A stretch of DNA of 59,627 nucleotides, the filler included, from Circinaria calcarea (Eukaryota), in the NCBI GenBank assembly GCA_051942165.1. It is 8 parts of 8 records of this genome, joined end to end, with 100 filler letters (N's around TTAATTAATTAA, not from the genome) between each part and the next. Parts side by side here need not be neighbours in the genome. Positions count along the whole stretch, not along the records: positions 29,898 to 37,267 come from JAVECS010001351.1; positions 37,368 to 44,723 come from JAVECS010001352.1; positions 44,824 to 52,178 come from JAVECS010001353.1; 5 more parts are not named here. One strand, given 5' to 3'. Below the pieces are notes generated by a model. It ran no database searches. It was not told the DNA's origin and saw nothing but the letters and a program-made list of their open reading frames with translations. The position numbers and the translations under genes were made by a program. Shown piece by piece: positions 35,477 to 47,740 of this stretch (position 1 is its first letter; every line of letters starts with the position of its first letter).

Positions 35477-37267
35477 ATGCGTTGCTCTCTTCTCGCCCTC
35501 GCTGCCTTGTTCACCAGCGCCCTCGCGGCTCCGTCACCTACTCGACATGTGGTCCATGAGAAGCGTGACCGCGTTCCTCATGGATGGGAGATGGTCTCGA
35601 GAATGGAGTCGACCAGTGTTTTGCCCATGAGGATTGCCCTTACCGAGTCCAACAAAGACAAGCTCCATGATTATCTTATGGAGGTGTCGCACCCAGACTC
35701 CAAAAGCTTTGGCTCGCACTGGTCGGCCAAGAAGATTGCCGAGACCTTTGCACCAGCACGGGAGACCGTGGACGCTGTTCGTGCATGGTTAGCATCATCC
35801 GGCATCGCGCCCGAGCGTGTCAGACAATCGCAGTCGCTTGGTTGGCTCACTTTTGATGCTACCGTCGAGGAAGCCGAGAACCTGCTGAGCACCGAATATC
35901 ACCTGTACAAGCACAGCACCGGCAAGCCTCACGTGGCCTGTTCCGGTTATCAGATCCCGGAGCACATTCGCCCGCATGTTGACTTCATCACCCCTACGGT
36001 TCATTTCGATGCCAAACTTGTTGGGGAGCAGTTTAACGGGAAAGCCAAGCGCGCCCCTCCAACTTCCAGCGTTGGACATCCAGTCTCAGGAGGTATAGCG
36101 AAAAACATTGGTGCGCCAGGTTCGGGCTCGCTACCCAAGGAAGGAAGGATTATCGATATAAAATCGTTCCTGGCCGAGCTTGCCAACTGCAATAAGCGCA
36201 TTGTGCCAAACTGCCTCCGTGCTCTTTACAGAATCCCCTTGGGCGTCACGGCAAACCCAAAGAACAGCTACGGAATCGTCGAGTATACGCCTCAGGCGTA
36301 TCTTCAAGGTGATTTGGATCTTTTCTTTGCCAACTTTTCAAAGTCCCAAGTTCAGAGGACTCCGATCTTCAACTCTATTGATGGCGGCGTCCTTCAGACT
36401 GAGGTTCAATCTTTTCAATTCAACGGAGAATCCGATCTCGATCTCGAGTACGCTATGGCGCTGGTCAATCCTGTTCCAGTCACCTTGTACCAGGTTGGGG
36501 ATTTGGTTCAAGGTGCTTCGTTCAACAACTTCCTCGACGCCATCGACGCTTCTTACTGCACCTACAAGGGTGGCGATGACCCGACACAGGATGGAATTTA
36601 TCCTGATACCGTAAATCCCAATGGTTACCAGGGGCCCCAGAACTGTGGGGGCTTTGCTGCGACCAAGGTCATTTCGACTTCCTACGGTTACAACGAGGCC
36701 GATCTGTCACCTTTCTACGAAATGCGCCAATGCGACGAGTATGCTAAGCTCGGTCTCGCTGGTAGTACCATTCTCTATTCTTCGGGGGACTATGGTGTCG
36801 CTGGTAACAGGGGTCAGTGCATTGACCCTGCCACCGGCGCATACAACAATGGTACTTCGGGAATATTCAATCCTTCGTTCCCAGGCGGTTGCCCGTACGT
36901 CACATCTGTCGGCGCCACTCAAATTGTGCCGGGGGCTTCAGTAACCGCACCGGAAGAGGCCTGCGAGACCGTTATCTACTCTGGTGGAGGATTTTCCAAC
37001 GTCTTCCCGCTGCCGGATTACCAGTCCAAAGCCGTCAAGGGCTTCTTCGCCAACCACCCTCCCCCATACGGAGCCGACCGCTTCAACAACTCCCAACAGA
37101 CGCGTGGGTTCCCCGACGTCAGTGCCAACGGAGCCAACTACGTCGTCGCCGTGAATGGGAAATTCAGCCTCGTCTACGGGACTTCTGCCTCCTCGCCCAC
37201 GTTCGGCGCCGTCATCACCCTCGTCAACGAGGCGAGATTTCTCATCGGCAAGGGGCCCGTCGGTTTC
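35477..37267 (+). CDS. Secreted sedolisin (S53) tripeptidyl-peptidase-like protease; 3'-truncated
   Basis: Signal peptide; pro-domain HVVHEKR; catalytic GESDLD, SSGDYG, RGFPDVSA, GTSASSP. Confidence 0.95.
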
Positions 37268-37367
37268 NNNNNNNNNNNNNNNNNNNNNNNNNNNNNNNNN
37301 NNNNNNNNNNNTTAATTAATTAANNNNNNNNNNNNNNNNNNNNNNNNNNNNNNNNNNNNNNNNNNNN
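37268..37367. other. Artificial contig linker
   Basis: N44-TTAATTAATTAA-N44. Confidence 0.99.
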
Positions 37368-38268
37368 GCCAGAACAGGATATGCGCCTTCCCACAGGATC
37401 ACCCAGCGCTTCTTCCGCTCATTTAGGTCCGCGATTTGCCAGACTCGAACAGCAGCGGCAGGTCCTTTCACATCTTCTAAAGGTATGGCTCCTCATTTCT
37501 GGGCTTTACCGACGGGCAAAGCTATATGACGACTCACAAGGAGCCTTGGATGAAGCATTCAAGCATGTCAAAAGTATAGAAATAGCTGTGGCGGATCAGG
37601 ATTCTAGCGCCCATGCATTCGAGCAGCCCGGCTGGGGCGGTGTGAAATGCGTGGAGGAGTTGTGGGCTGACGTCTATGCCGAGAAGGGCAATCTATGCCT
37701 TGCCCGCTCTGAACTCCACGAAGCTATGATACAATATGAATCCGCACTGGCGCATTTCCCAGATCACCCCGCCGCTACCGTGAGCCTCTCTAACCTTCTC
37801 CTTGACATCTATACAAAGGTCATCCCGCCACAACCAGATATATCGATTCTACAAAACACTGAAAATCCTGCTTTATCATCTGCTGGCGAGAAACCCCAAC
37901 CTATCCTTTCCTCCCTACCAACTCCCTCTTTACCCCCAAAGGCTCCATCTCGATCTCCACACCATCCCGTGGACCTTACCGACTCCTCGCCCTCTGCCCC
38001 TACTACTTTATCTTCATCATCCGACGCCAAAACCCCCGAAGGTCTCGACCGCCTCGCCGCCCGCGATCGCGCGTACGGTCTACTTTCATCACTGACCAAA
38101 CTAGGTTCGGGATGGGATAACAGTGAAGCGTGGTTTGCTCTCGCGAGAGCTTACGAGGAAAGCGGGCAGCTGGACCGAGCAAAGGAAGTCCTGTGGTGGG
38201 TGGTGGAGTTGGAGGAGAAGAGACCAATCCGGGGATGGGATTGTTTAGGTTGGGGAGGAGGGCTTTAA
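37368..38268 (+). CDS. YPP1: C-terminus of a Ypp1/Rhf1-like TPR protein; 5'-truncated
   Basis: VWLLISGLYRRA, EELWADVYAE, FPDHPAATV, LAARDRAYGLLSSLTKLGSGWDNSEAWFALARAYEESGQ, LWWVVELEEKRPIR. Confidence 0.75.
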
Positions 38269-38902
38269 GCCGGCGGACTTTATGTTGGTCAGGGGGAGGG
38301 TTAGGTACAGCTGATGAGGAAGTAATTATAGAGATTTTTCCTGTGCAGACATTTTGCTTCCCTTGGAGACTCTTTAATTTTATTATAGGTATCTTACCTG
38401 ATTAATACTCTGCTTCATTTCGAATTAGCCCTACAGCTACATTCAAAGGACATTCTCTGTAACCGCACCTCCCTCGCATACTCCGAATACTATTTATCTC
38501 TCTCCCTCGTGTCTCAACTCCCTTTTTTCTCTTCCTCCTTTTCCTCCTCTCAAAACTCCCCCCCCCTTCTAAATCCACGAAGCCGTATCTCTCCAAAGTC
38601 CAAATCTTATACATCACAGTCGCCGAGCCCCACCCAAAATCCCTCTCTCCTATCTCCTTGAATACCCAGAGAACAGAGAGTGTCGATTACCCCCTCCGCT
38701 CTTACCTTGTCTAAATCCCTCCCCCGGGGTGGGGATAGATTATTCGTAATTTCGGAACTGGGATTGGATTTTTTGTATTCACACCCATACACCACACCCG
38801 CGCGGGCTTTTTATGCTCCTTTTTGTATTTGTTGCGATTTCATATTCTAGCATGATTTTCTATTCTAGCGTTTTGGATGGGCTTAGGCTTTAGGGTTTGG
38901 GC

Positions 38903-39177
38903 TTTGCTAGAAATTTGTTATGCTCGGGAGCACGGCACCGATGGGCTAAGCCCGATGCTGTAAAGTACGGGGGCCAAGCTGGCAGAAACTGTGCATTCGT
39001 ATTGGCCACACTAGGTCCACTAGCATAACATAGCTCCGTTGTGGATGTACAATGGAGCTATGTAAAGCCAGGCGGGGGCTGCCTGGCAGACGAGTATTGA
39101 TTGGCTGGGAGCACTGTTATTCCGGGCCTACCTAACATCCTCCGAGCATAACAAAGGAAAACTGAACCCCCCAACTG
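38903..39177. mobile_element. Copy 2 of the foldback element at 15028-15320
   Basis: Colinear match including the 238-bp TGTTA..TAACA core (38916-39153); left outer arm is missing. Confidence 0.8.
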
Positions 39178-39360
39178 TCGGTGTCTTAATGTTATTGGTT
39201 CCTAATCCATGCAAAAGTTGCAGAGGCTGAACATTGAAAGATTGAATTATCGCATGCTGGATGAGTGTTAGCCAATTGGACTGTCGCAGAGTGCAGGATA
39301 AGCACCGGATGCTTAATATTCCTGAATCCGTGAAAGGCTGAATTCATAAGGCAAAAAGGG

Positions 39361-39421
39361 GCTGGTTTTAAGTCTCCGCGCACAGCCGAGGGCTTTTTTG
39401 CTGCGGAGACTTAAAACTGGC
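39361..39421. repeat. Short hairpin with a perfect 14-bp stem
   Basis: TTTTAAGTCTCCGC (39366-39379) pairs with GCGGAGACTTAAAA (39403-39416). Confidence 0.75.
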
Positions 39422-39540
39422 TTGTTCGTAGCTCAGTTGAATCAGCAGAATATCTAAGCCTTGAACGTACCAGAACCGTTGACCAATATTAGTAACAGCG
39501 ACGACTGCCCAACCACTTTCTCTTTGACTACATAGACACT

Positions 39541-40353
39541 ATGGAACAAGAAAGGCACCAAACGGATAATAGTCTACAAGCAGCATACCCTCCAGCGTTT
39601 CCAGAGTTTACAAACTCATCACACCTAGAGGCAGTCGTCGAACAGGGAGAATACTAACATGATCATGAGTTGAACAACATAAATACCGCCGCTTTCGATG
39701 AACCGATTCCAAAAACGAAACACCGGGAAAAAATATTTGGGCAACGCAGAAACATATTTTAGATTATAATCGCACTAGTTTCATTAATCTTGATAGCTGG
39801 AGCTATCGGCGGAGGAATCGGAGGCTCGAAAGCCACGAAAAAATCCAGCAATAAGTACTGTCACCGCATCAAGAAATAAAAAGGACGTTACAGTTAACAG
39901 CAAGCTAGTAATACAACAGGCATATCACCCACATCAAGGGCTTTACCTATATTATCATTATCCGTATCCACCGCCCTTATAACAACATCACCATCTATCA
40001 CTTCCCTACCCCCAACAGGTCCACTCAAGACAGGATGTCCAGATATAAATAACTCAGTATACACGTCCTCAGCCGGCAATAGCACAGATAGATACCAAAT
40101 TCTCTGTGGGGTCGACCTCGATCCCGACCTCGATACCTTGACTGCGAACATGACAAACGGCATTCAGAACCTCTACACCGAAAACCGCGAGACATGCATC
40201 GACCAGTGCGTGATGTATAACCAGTATAATCTCAACCCTCTGTGCATGGGCATCACGTGGACACGGCTTCAAGATACGACTAACTGTTTTTTGAAGCGGA
40301 ATGCATCAAATCCTACTCTGGCTAGTTTTAAGAGGGTACAGTGGTTAAGATGA
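39541..40353 (+). pseudogene. Type II membrane protein with a PAN/apple-like Cys domain and two premature stops
   Basis: KIFGQRRNIF*IIIALV..GAIGGGIGG TM motif; Ser/Thr stalk; GCP..ILC..CIDQC..CMGITW..NCFLK; TAA at 39655 and TAG at 39760. Confidence 0.75.
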
Positions 40354-40778
40354 GTACAGTTTGTGCGGGAGCATCCTGGCCTCTTTATAACAGTCACCAG
40401 CGCATAGCGTTGATCCATACCAAGATTGTTGGCGATTTCCCAAACCCGGTGCCACTTTTCAGTAATAGCAGTGGCAAAGCAGGCTCTATATATATGACAT
40501 GAAAAGAGTAATGAAGCAAGGGGTTTCACAATGTCTTGTCACTGATAGTCTTTCAAAATACGGCGAATTACTGCTATACCCCCCGAACATGCCATTCGTT
40601 ACCCCCATACCCCTTCTTTTACTGCCATACCCTCCCACACCTCCATCTTACCGCCCACGCGTGGAATAGTATGCAGAATGGCACGCGTGGAAAAGTATTG
40701 TATACACGTAAAATAACAAGACTCTGAGGACTCTAGCTGTATTAGGCAGTGGTTTACTAATGCTAGCCTAACGATTAA

Positions 40779-40799
40779 TATGCCTGCGACCACAGTACA
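40779..40799. repeat. Isolated TIR end of the 10726-10940 MITE family
   Basis: TATGCCTGCGACCACAGTACA is identical to 10924-10944. Confidence 0.6.
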
Positions 40800-41394
40800 A
40801 ATTAAGCGAGAAAAAAGCCAGCCCCCTCCGAAGGGGGGTGGCACGTTCCGGACTCGCGTGGGTTCCCTTCTCTGGTATTTGCGCCTCGAGCGCTTACAGA
40901 CGGGTAAAACTCCGGGGACCGCCGGAATTAAAAATCTAATTTTAGCCGGTCTGGGATAGGTAATTTCTTATTAAAATCTTGAATCCAATTACTTTGTACT
41001 TTGGTCGCAGGGGAAATTAATCGTAGCTCGGCGCTAGTAGATTAGTGCCTAGTTTAATTGAACTCCGGAAAGGCTGAACTATTTACTTTTAGTATCTCGT
41101 ATGCATGTCTTTTGCACTAATCAGAATAGGAAATGGAGTTAAAATACTGGAATTTTTTTTTAATAGTCTAAGTAAGGGATTTTAGTAATTTTAGCGCCGA
41201 GTTACGATTTATTTCCCATGCGATCATAGAAATATGCAAATATCCTCAGATGGGCACCTTGTCGGTCCGAAAGCCGTATAGACGAGATCTACCACAGCTC
41301 CTCTTAATTACTTCTATCCGCCTCTTCACTGCCAGCTCATTATTTCAACTTCTTTTTTATTTCTTCTTCGGCTTCCACCTTCGAAATTCCCACA

Positions 41395-42399
41395 GTGGTT
41401 ATCACGGTCACAGCTGACGCTGACCTTCCAAAATGTTTGAATACAGGATCAAAGCAAGTTAAAAAGGCGAAGCAGCTGGCTCACTCATACTCTGGCATTC
41501 CTGCAAAGAAGGCTCAAGGCCCGCGCATCCAAGGATTTTTCAGCAGAACCATGATTGTAACTTTGCAAAATGGTGAGGATATCGTTATCCAATTTCGGCC
41601 TGAACCTATGAATATAGAGCCTTTCAAGATCGCTCGAGAGGCTCTCGGACCCGTCGTTCCCGATATTGAGCTCCTCGAGGACGAAGAACTAGAACGCGAT
41701 GGCATCTGGGCTTATTGGATGACGCGTATTCCCGGCCAAACGTGGTTCGAAGGCACAAGAGGGAAAGGCCCAGAGGTCGTCGTCACGATTAACAAGTCAT
41801 TAGGCAGAATCCTCTCTAAAGGCTACGTCAAGGGAAGCAGCGATGGAGTTGTCGACAACAAGCTCCGCCCCCATCTGGAATTGCTTCTATCCTCCTCCGA
41901 CGACAAAATCCACCCATTTAAAGATGTGGCTAGAGATCTACTTGGCAAGTTAGATCAATTAAAGATACTTCCGCTGTTTATATCGCACTTCGACCTGAAC
42001 GAGATGAACATCATGGTGGACGAGAACTGTGAGGTATCGGGCATCATTGACTGGGAGTTCTCATCCCCCCTTCCCTTCGGCATGGGCTTCAGCCGTATCC
42101 ATACCCTTGCTGGAGAATTTTCTGAGCGGAAGTTTCACGTGCGGGACGAGTTCAATGAGTCGGAGAGGGGATTTTGGCAGGAGGTGTTTAATGGCGTCCC
42201 GGCAGAACTCCGGAAAATCCTCGATGCGAATCTAGATGTGGTCCAGACGGCGGTCATGTTGGGGACTCTGTTGGGCACTTTTGAGTTAGAGGAGGGGAAA
42301 ATCGGGCCATATAATGCCGTGAGCGTGGAAGCTCTTCCGAAGTTCCTCTCCTATCGGATACCTGTTATAAGAGGCTTGGATCCGCCCTATTCAAAGTAG
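41395..42399 (+). CDS. APH/choline kinase-like phosphotransferase (true start uncertain)
   Basis: QGFFSRT, VIQFRPEP, YWMTRIPG, SHFDLNEMNIMVD, GIIDWE: intact HxDxxxxN and DW motifs. Confidence 0.85.
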   Translation: MVITVTADADLPKCLNTGSKQVKKAKQLAHSYSGIPAKKAQGPRIQGFFSRTMIVTLQNGEDIVIQFRPEPMNIEPFKIAREALGPVVPDIELLEDEELERDGIWAYWMTRIPGQTWFEGTRGKGPEVVVTINKSLGRILSKGYVKGSSDGVVDNKLRPHLELLLSSSDDKIHPFKDVARDLLGKLDQLKILPLFISHFDLNEMNIMVDENCEVSGIIDWEFSSPLPFGMGFSRIHTLAGEFSERKFHVRDEFNESERGFWQEVFNGVPAELRKILDANLDVVQTAVMLGTLLGTFELEEGKIGPYNAVSVEALPKFLSYRIPVIRGLDPPYSK

Positions 42400-43626
42400 G
42401 TGAGATCTCCCCATCCTTGTTCAGCCCTAGCTACCTCCATGTAAGTATAGACCTTACTCCGTATCCAAGGAAGTCGTTGGTAATCCTTTACAGGCAGTCT
42501 GTCAGCGCAAACGCTTCCTCCCTAGACTATCCAATTCCATAGCATCCATACACCGCCGCGCCAAATCGGCTGTACCTCATGCCCGCACAGACTCTTACAG
42601 CAGCTCTCAGACCCGTCTCTGGAACTTGATCCAACACCGTCTCTTCGACCGCAAGGCGGCTCGTAAACTAAAGCAACTAGAGCAGCTAATGAGACTTAAG
42701 TTTGAGGGCCTCAAAAAAGGCGGAATGCCACAGCTTTTTGTAGACCATATGCAATACGTGGCGTGGAGGCATATAGATATTTGCTGTAATTCTATTCTCC
42801 GCTCATATCTTTCTAGGGTGAGGCTGCGGCTGGAACAACACTCGAGCAAGGAGGACTAAGACACTGGCGGAAACTCGCAAATACTTCTCCCTATACCACA
42901 TGACATATTGCCTTAAAGCTCGGCACTTCCGAACGGAACAGTGCATTGATTTGCTGCCCAATTTGGCAGGTTAGGAAGGTGAAAGAAGCTAGATCATAGC
43001 AGATATCGTTCATACCACGAGCTGAGATTTCGCTCGTCATGCAAACATCCAGATGATATCCGCGTCTAGGTCCTTGCAATTTTCCAGTACCGATTGCCTT
43101 GTGACTTCAGCTGAACCAGAGCCGGTTTTAGATGAAAATCCAGGCGTATGACCGATTCCACAAACGATTCTCCGATTTCAGCGAAATGAAGGCTGCAACA
43201 AAGAGGGAAACGCGAGCGAACAGGGCATCAAAACGACGGTCTAGTCAAACTTTTCCCAGACGGGTGGTCCGCTCACAGTCGTATTGCCTTCCGGCAGCAT
43301 CCAACACCGCCTGATTCTTATCCCTGCCGCCGGCTCCTCATGCTACACCATAACGCGATGTTGCAGTGTCGAGAGCAAGCCTTTCATGCAAGAATATCTA
43401 GCGTACATAGCACCACGTGGTGTCGCCGCAGCATGCATCTTCTCTTCCATCCAAGTGTCTTAGCTAGGATCTGCACCTCGTCACAGCTGCGCCTGGAAGG
43501 CTGAGTCGCAGATTATCTGTTCAGCACTCCCATACCCTGATCTGCTCTGCATACAAAGGCTGGCGCAATTCTATCGGCGATTCGCGTGCCGCCATACCCC
43601 CTTCTCTCTATGACCCCCACTTTTTA

Positions 43627-43757
43627 CACGCAGGATAACTCAATGCGCAGTGAACGAACTTCAAATATTTTTAGTTAATTAAACAGCTCTGAACCAGAGC
43701 TTTCTAATACATTAATACTATCTAAAATCCGTTCACTGCGCATTAAGTTATCCGGTG
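43627..43757. mobile_element. 131-bp foldback MITE with TA flanks
   Basis: TA-CAC..GGATAACTCAATGCGCAGTGAACG ... CGTTCACTGCGCATTAAGTTATCC..GTG-TA (24-bp core IR, 1 mismatch); central AGCTCTG/CAGAGCT hairpin. Confidence 0.7.
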
Positions 43758-44209
43758 TAAAGAATATTATATATAATAGAGGGCGGAAATCAATTATTTA
43801 GACCCCGCACCGATTATTCTCGCAGTGAAATATCATCATGAATATGACTCCGATCGAAGTCATTTTCGATTCGTTGGAAAGCTCTGAATCAGGGCTTTCT
43901 AACGAATTAAAAATATCTGAAATCCGTCGACGGCGCATTGAGTTATTTAGTGTAGAAAGTGAGAGGTATAGACGGAGGGGGTATGCCGGTAAATTGGGGG
44001 GGTATGGGAGTAAGGAATGGCATAATTCGCCGTTATTATATTCGCTACCGACTTCTGCTCAACAGGCTCGCCTGCAATTCGCCTCGGCAAAGTTGCCTCA
44101 CAGCATTAGACCCCTGTACCATAACTGCTGGCAATTCAATTTCTCAAATATCTTCAGCCCTATAGAATATGCAAATTCCCCACAATCAGTTCCCCAAGTA
44201 CCACCCAAC

Positions 44210-44723
44210 ATGGCATCAAAGAAGCTAAAACTATCGCCGAAGGCTTCCCTACCATTCAAGAGCTCTAACAAGTTTAAGCGGCAAGATGTATGTAATGCCC
44301 TTCTTCCCTTGACGCTGCAATTGCAGGCAATGATTTCGTTGCTAACTGCCCCACAATAGCTCCACGTCAAGCAGAAAAAAGCCCGAGAAGCCCTGACTCG
44401 AGATGAGCGCTTTCGAAGACGACGAGAAGAGGACAAAGACCCTACACTTCGGGAAGACCGGCTAAAGCGCAACATTCCCTTGACGCTCGACAGAAAACGA
44501 GTATGGGATGAGGTCGACAGAGACACGGGGGATGGGCTGGGGGTGAGCGTGGATGCGGACAGGCTCCAGCGCCTCAAAGCAGACGAAGATGCTACAACAG
44601 ACACTCTGGAGGATGAAAGGAACAACGAGGTGGATAACTCCGAAGAAGACGACCGAGACAGCATGCTCTCCTTCCCCAGCTCCACCTCCCAAGACCCCGC
44701 CGATCAAGACCCCACCCCTCAAT
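44210..44723 (+). CDS. RPF1: Rpf1 (Brix-family ribosome biogenesis protein) N-terminus; intron 44288-44359; 3'-truncated
   Basis: NKFKRQD|LHVKQKK..ERFRRRREEDKDPTLREDRLKRNIPLTLDRKRVWD. Confidence 0.8.
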
Positions 44724-44823
44724 NNNNNNNNNNNNNNNNNNNNNNNNNNNNNNNNNNNNNNNNNNNNTTAATTAATTAANNNNNNNNNNNNNNNNNNNNN
44801 NNNNNNNNNNNNNNNNNNNNNNN
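44724..44823. other. Artificial contig linker
   Basis: N44-TTAATTAATTAA-N44. Confidence 0.99.
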
Positions 44824-44932
44824 GGTGGTTGATCAGAACTTTTTGGTCGTCGAAATCTCGTTCGCAGTAGTAACACCACGGCCTGGCCAAGATCTCTTCA
44901 ATATCCGGATGGCCTCTCTTCTTTTTCCCCAT
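44824..44932 (-). CDS. ZNF207/BuGZ-like C2H2 zinc-finger protein N-terminus; truncated
   Basis: MGKKKRGHPDIEEILARPWCYYCERDFDDQKVLINH. Confidence 0.85.
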
Positions 44933-45362
44933 TCTGACAGATGTACGAGCTAAACGCAAAGATGGTCGCAAGAATCAGAGGCTCTCGACCTTACAATTAG
45001 TCAAACGACGTGCCCAATGCGGCTGGGGCAATCAGAGAAAATGGTATTGAATGAGGTGGAAGAGGTTCGCAAATCAAATCAATCTCTCCAGACACACCAA
45101 CGCTAAACTGGATTAAGTGTAAGGAAGTTTTACGACTATCCAAGACCAGTAGTGTTTAACACTCCTAATGGTCATTATTGGCAGCTGCTTTAGCTCACTC
45201 TAACGCACGAACATTACTGATGCTCGCTGATGTTTGATAATGGATATTCTAGTTTATTAGTTCTACACCATAGCTGGGCAAAATTCCAACTCCAAAACCT
45301 CAAGTTACTACCGCAGCTCGCCACCTGCGATTCACACCCTTCCCAGCTCACTAAGTCCTACC

Positions 45363-47740
45363 TCATCCCATCCGATAGCTTTGTTGATCTAAAGATCGTG
45401 TGTGGAACTTATGCACGAGAAGGCGGGACTGCGCCCGAGGCTCGAAATCTAGTCTCTCAGGCATCTCTTTGATACAGGTTGTGTAGGCACCCCTAGGTAA
45501 TATGTAGATTTTGCTATCCAGAAACCGCAAAGCAATGCAATTTTCCCTCGTCCACGAAACGAGTGTAGGACTCCCGCTTAGATTCGGCCTTGGAAAACCC
45601 GCAGCCTCGAATTGTGTCCGCGAAACTAACGAGCGCTTTCCTTTGAAATCTTGCTTTGTAAAAACCGCGGTGTTGCCAGCCATCGTCCCGAAGTCATAAA
45701 ATTTAGACCTTCTATCTCGATTTTCTTTCCAGCCCAATGGCACGGTGGCCTGGCACCTTGGATGGGTGCGAAGGGAGTAAATATTATATACTCTATGGGT
45801 GCGTTGACGTAACATACTATAATAGAAGTGGCTATTAGCAAATAGGGCGCGCAAAAGTAGGTAGCGAAGGACATCTTCAGGGTGCGCGGAAGTAATTCGC
45901 CGCTGTTTGTAAATGCCCACTGCCTCCAGTTAGGCCAACCTGTGTGGTAATCCGAGAAAATGTACAAAGCGAAGTGCCACACCTCGCTGAATGCTTCTCT
46001 CGATGGGCCTATTTCACTCTTCGGATAGTAGCTTCGGGTTTAGTTATGGCCTGAATCTGGGCATCGATCTCATTGTGAGAACAACCCAGCCACCATTTGT
46101 GGTCATTTAACATTAAGCTGACTCGAGATGGTTCCCCTTTGCTACTATAACCCCGTTAGCAAGCCGAAAGTTCTCGAGAACATCAAGTGTAACTTGAATA
46201 AACTTATGGACTTCTTCATTCCACCAGTTTTCTCAACAAAGAAAGCATAGCGGTTGATTTTCTGCTAGGCCAGATTGTCAGATGCCTCCGTCCATTTGTC
46301 CAACCATTCAAAATGATCTTGAGCCCATCGAATGTGGCTTGAATGATCTTATTGTCGGGGCAGGCAAGCGGTTCGCACCGAGGCTTAACAAACCACTGCT
46401 GAGCAAGGTACTGGATTTGGTCCGGCTTCTGTAGCCCATACGACATGGTACTGGAGGTAGCCCAACAGGCTTCCTGTCGCGTTTTGAGGTCCTAATCGAA
46501 ACAAGTCGATGAGAGGGGCAAGTATATTCGCATAAATTACAGCTTGAGAATGAGCGTTGCTCACTGTGACAGCGGAGATTGAAAGCATGCTCTTCTAAAA
46601 CCCGAACGCCGTCTTCGGTGAAACCAAGTAGGTGGAACCAGGTAAGTGAATCAATGAAGGAGTACGCCGGGGCTGATAATGGTCTGGGTCTGGTGTAGTT
46701 CCCGAACAATATTGCCCACTGATCGCAAGGCCAGAGCCTGGATTGGGGTTAAATGAATTTACCCCGTCGCAGATGAAATAGCCCTTATTTAAAGCTTCTG
46801 CCCAAATAACTATCTATCACTTATAAACAGCCTTTGTATTCCAAGAAAAGCATTGTGAGCGTTCCCACAAGAACACATTAAACGCATGTAGGCAATAAAT
46901 CAACCATGAAATTAGCCGAGACCCAATGTTTTGTACTAAGCTTAATTCGTAGATAGTATGCTCAATATTTCTCTTTTATCCGCATTGATATATATCCGGA
47001 ACCCTCCTGCTCTATAATATTCGTCAGTTGTATATTTATGAATCTAGCTTCTCCACTATGACCTATTTTAGAGGTTTAAGCACCGAGGCTTCCACCTCGG
47101 GCAGGTAAGTGACTTATGGAATTAATTCTGTAGCTCGGCTTGCGTTTCTTCTGAAACGAATCCTATGGCTTTTACATCGTAGCGCTAGAGTTTCCTGAGG
47201 GTTCGGCGTGAAATTGCTAGTTGATAATTCATGATATCCCTGTAAAGTTCCATATATGGCAATATCCCAGCCTGCAGCTGCGGTCTATCTTCATCGATTC
47301 CGGCAATCAGCAATACTTCACTTGACGGTCTGCTTATGATAGTTTTTTCATCCTCCATTCCCTTTCTAGGTCTCAGGGCTAAATCACATATAGCCTACGT
47401 ACAATTCTGTACCCGTAACGGTTCGTTGTAGGGAAAGGGATGATTCTGATGTTCCACCGTATACGCTCGACCATAGACCTCGCGTCGACCCGAAGCCTAG
47501 AAATGGCGCACCCGATATGTCGGTCTATTCCGATCATCTTCTCCACGCTAGAAGGCTCGAATTGCTGTGGTGTTGAAAGGGATACTTAGAGGAAGGGCTT
47601 TTCACTCCGAGGATTTAAGCATCGAATTTTATGTTGACACAGCAAAATTGGCGAGCGTCTTCAAAAGCCGCGGCGTTGCCAGCCATGTTCCCAAGTTCAT
47701 AAGACTTGGATTTTCCGCCTCGGTTTTGATTTGTATAAAC
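45363..47740 (-). pseudogene. Two diverged paralogous gene remnants
   Basis: ENRDRRSKFYDFGTMAGNTAVF (about 45660-45727) versus QNRGGKSKSYELGNMAGNAAAF (about 47663-47728), with synonymous third-position differences. Confidence 0.4.

Noticed and set aside
35477..37267. S53 peptidase as the RiPP core-releasing protease
   Set aside because: It is on a different contig with no linkage evidence, and sedolisins are common secreted enzymes.
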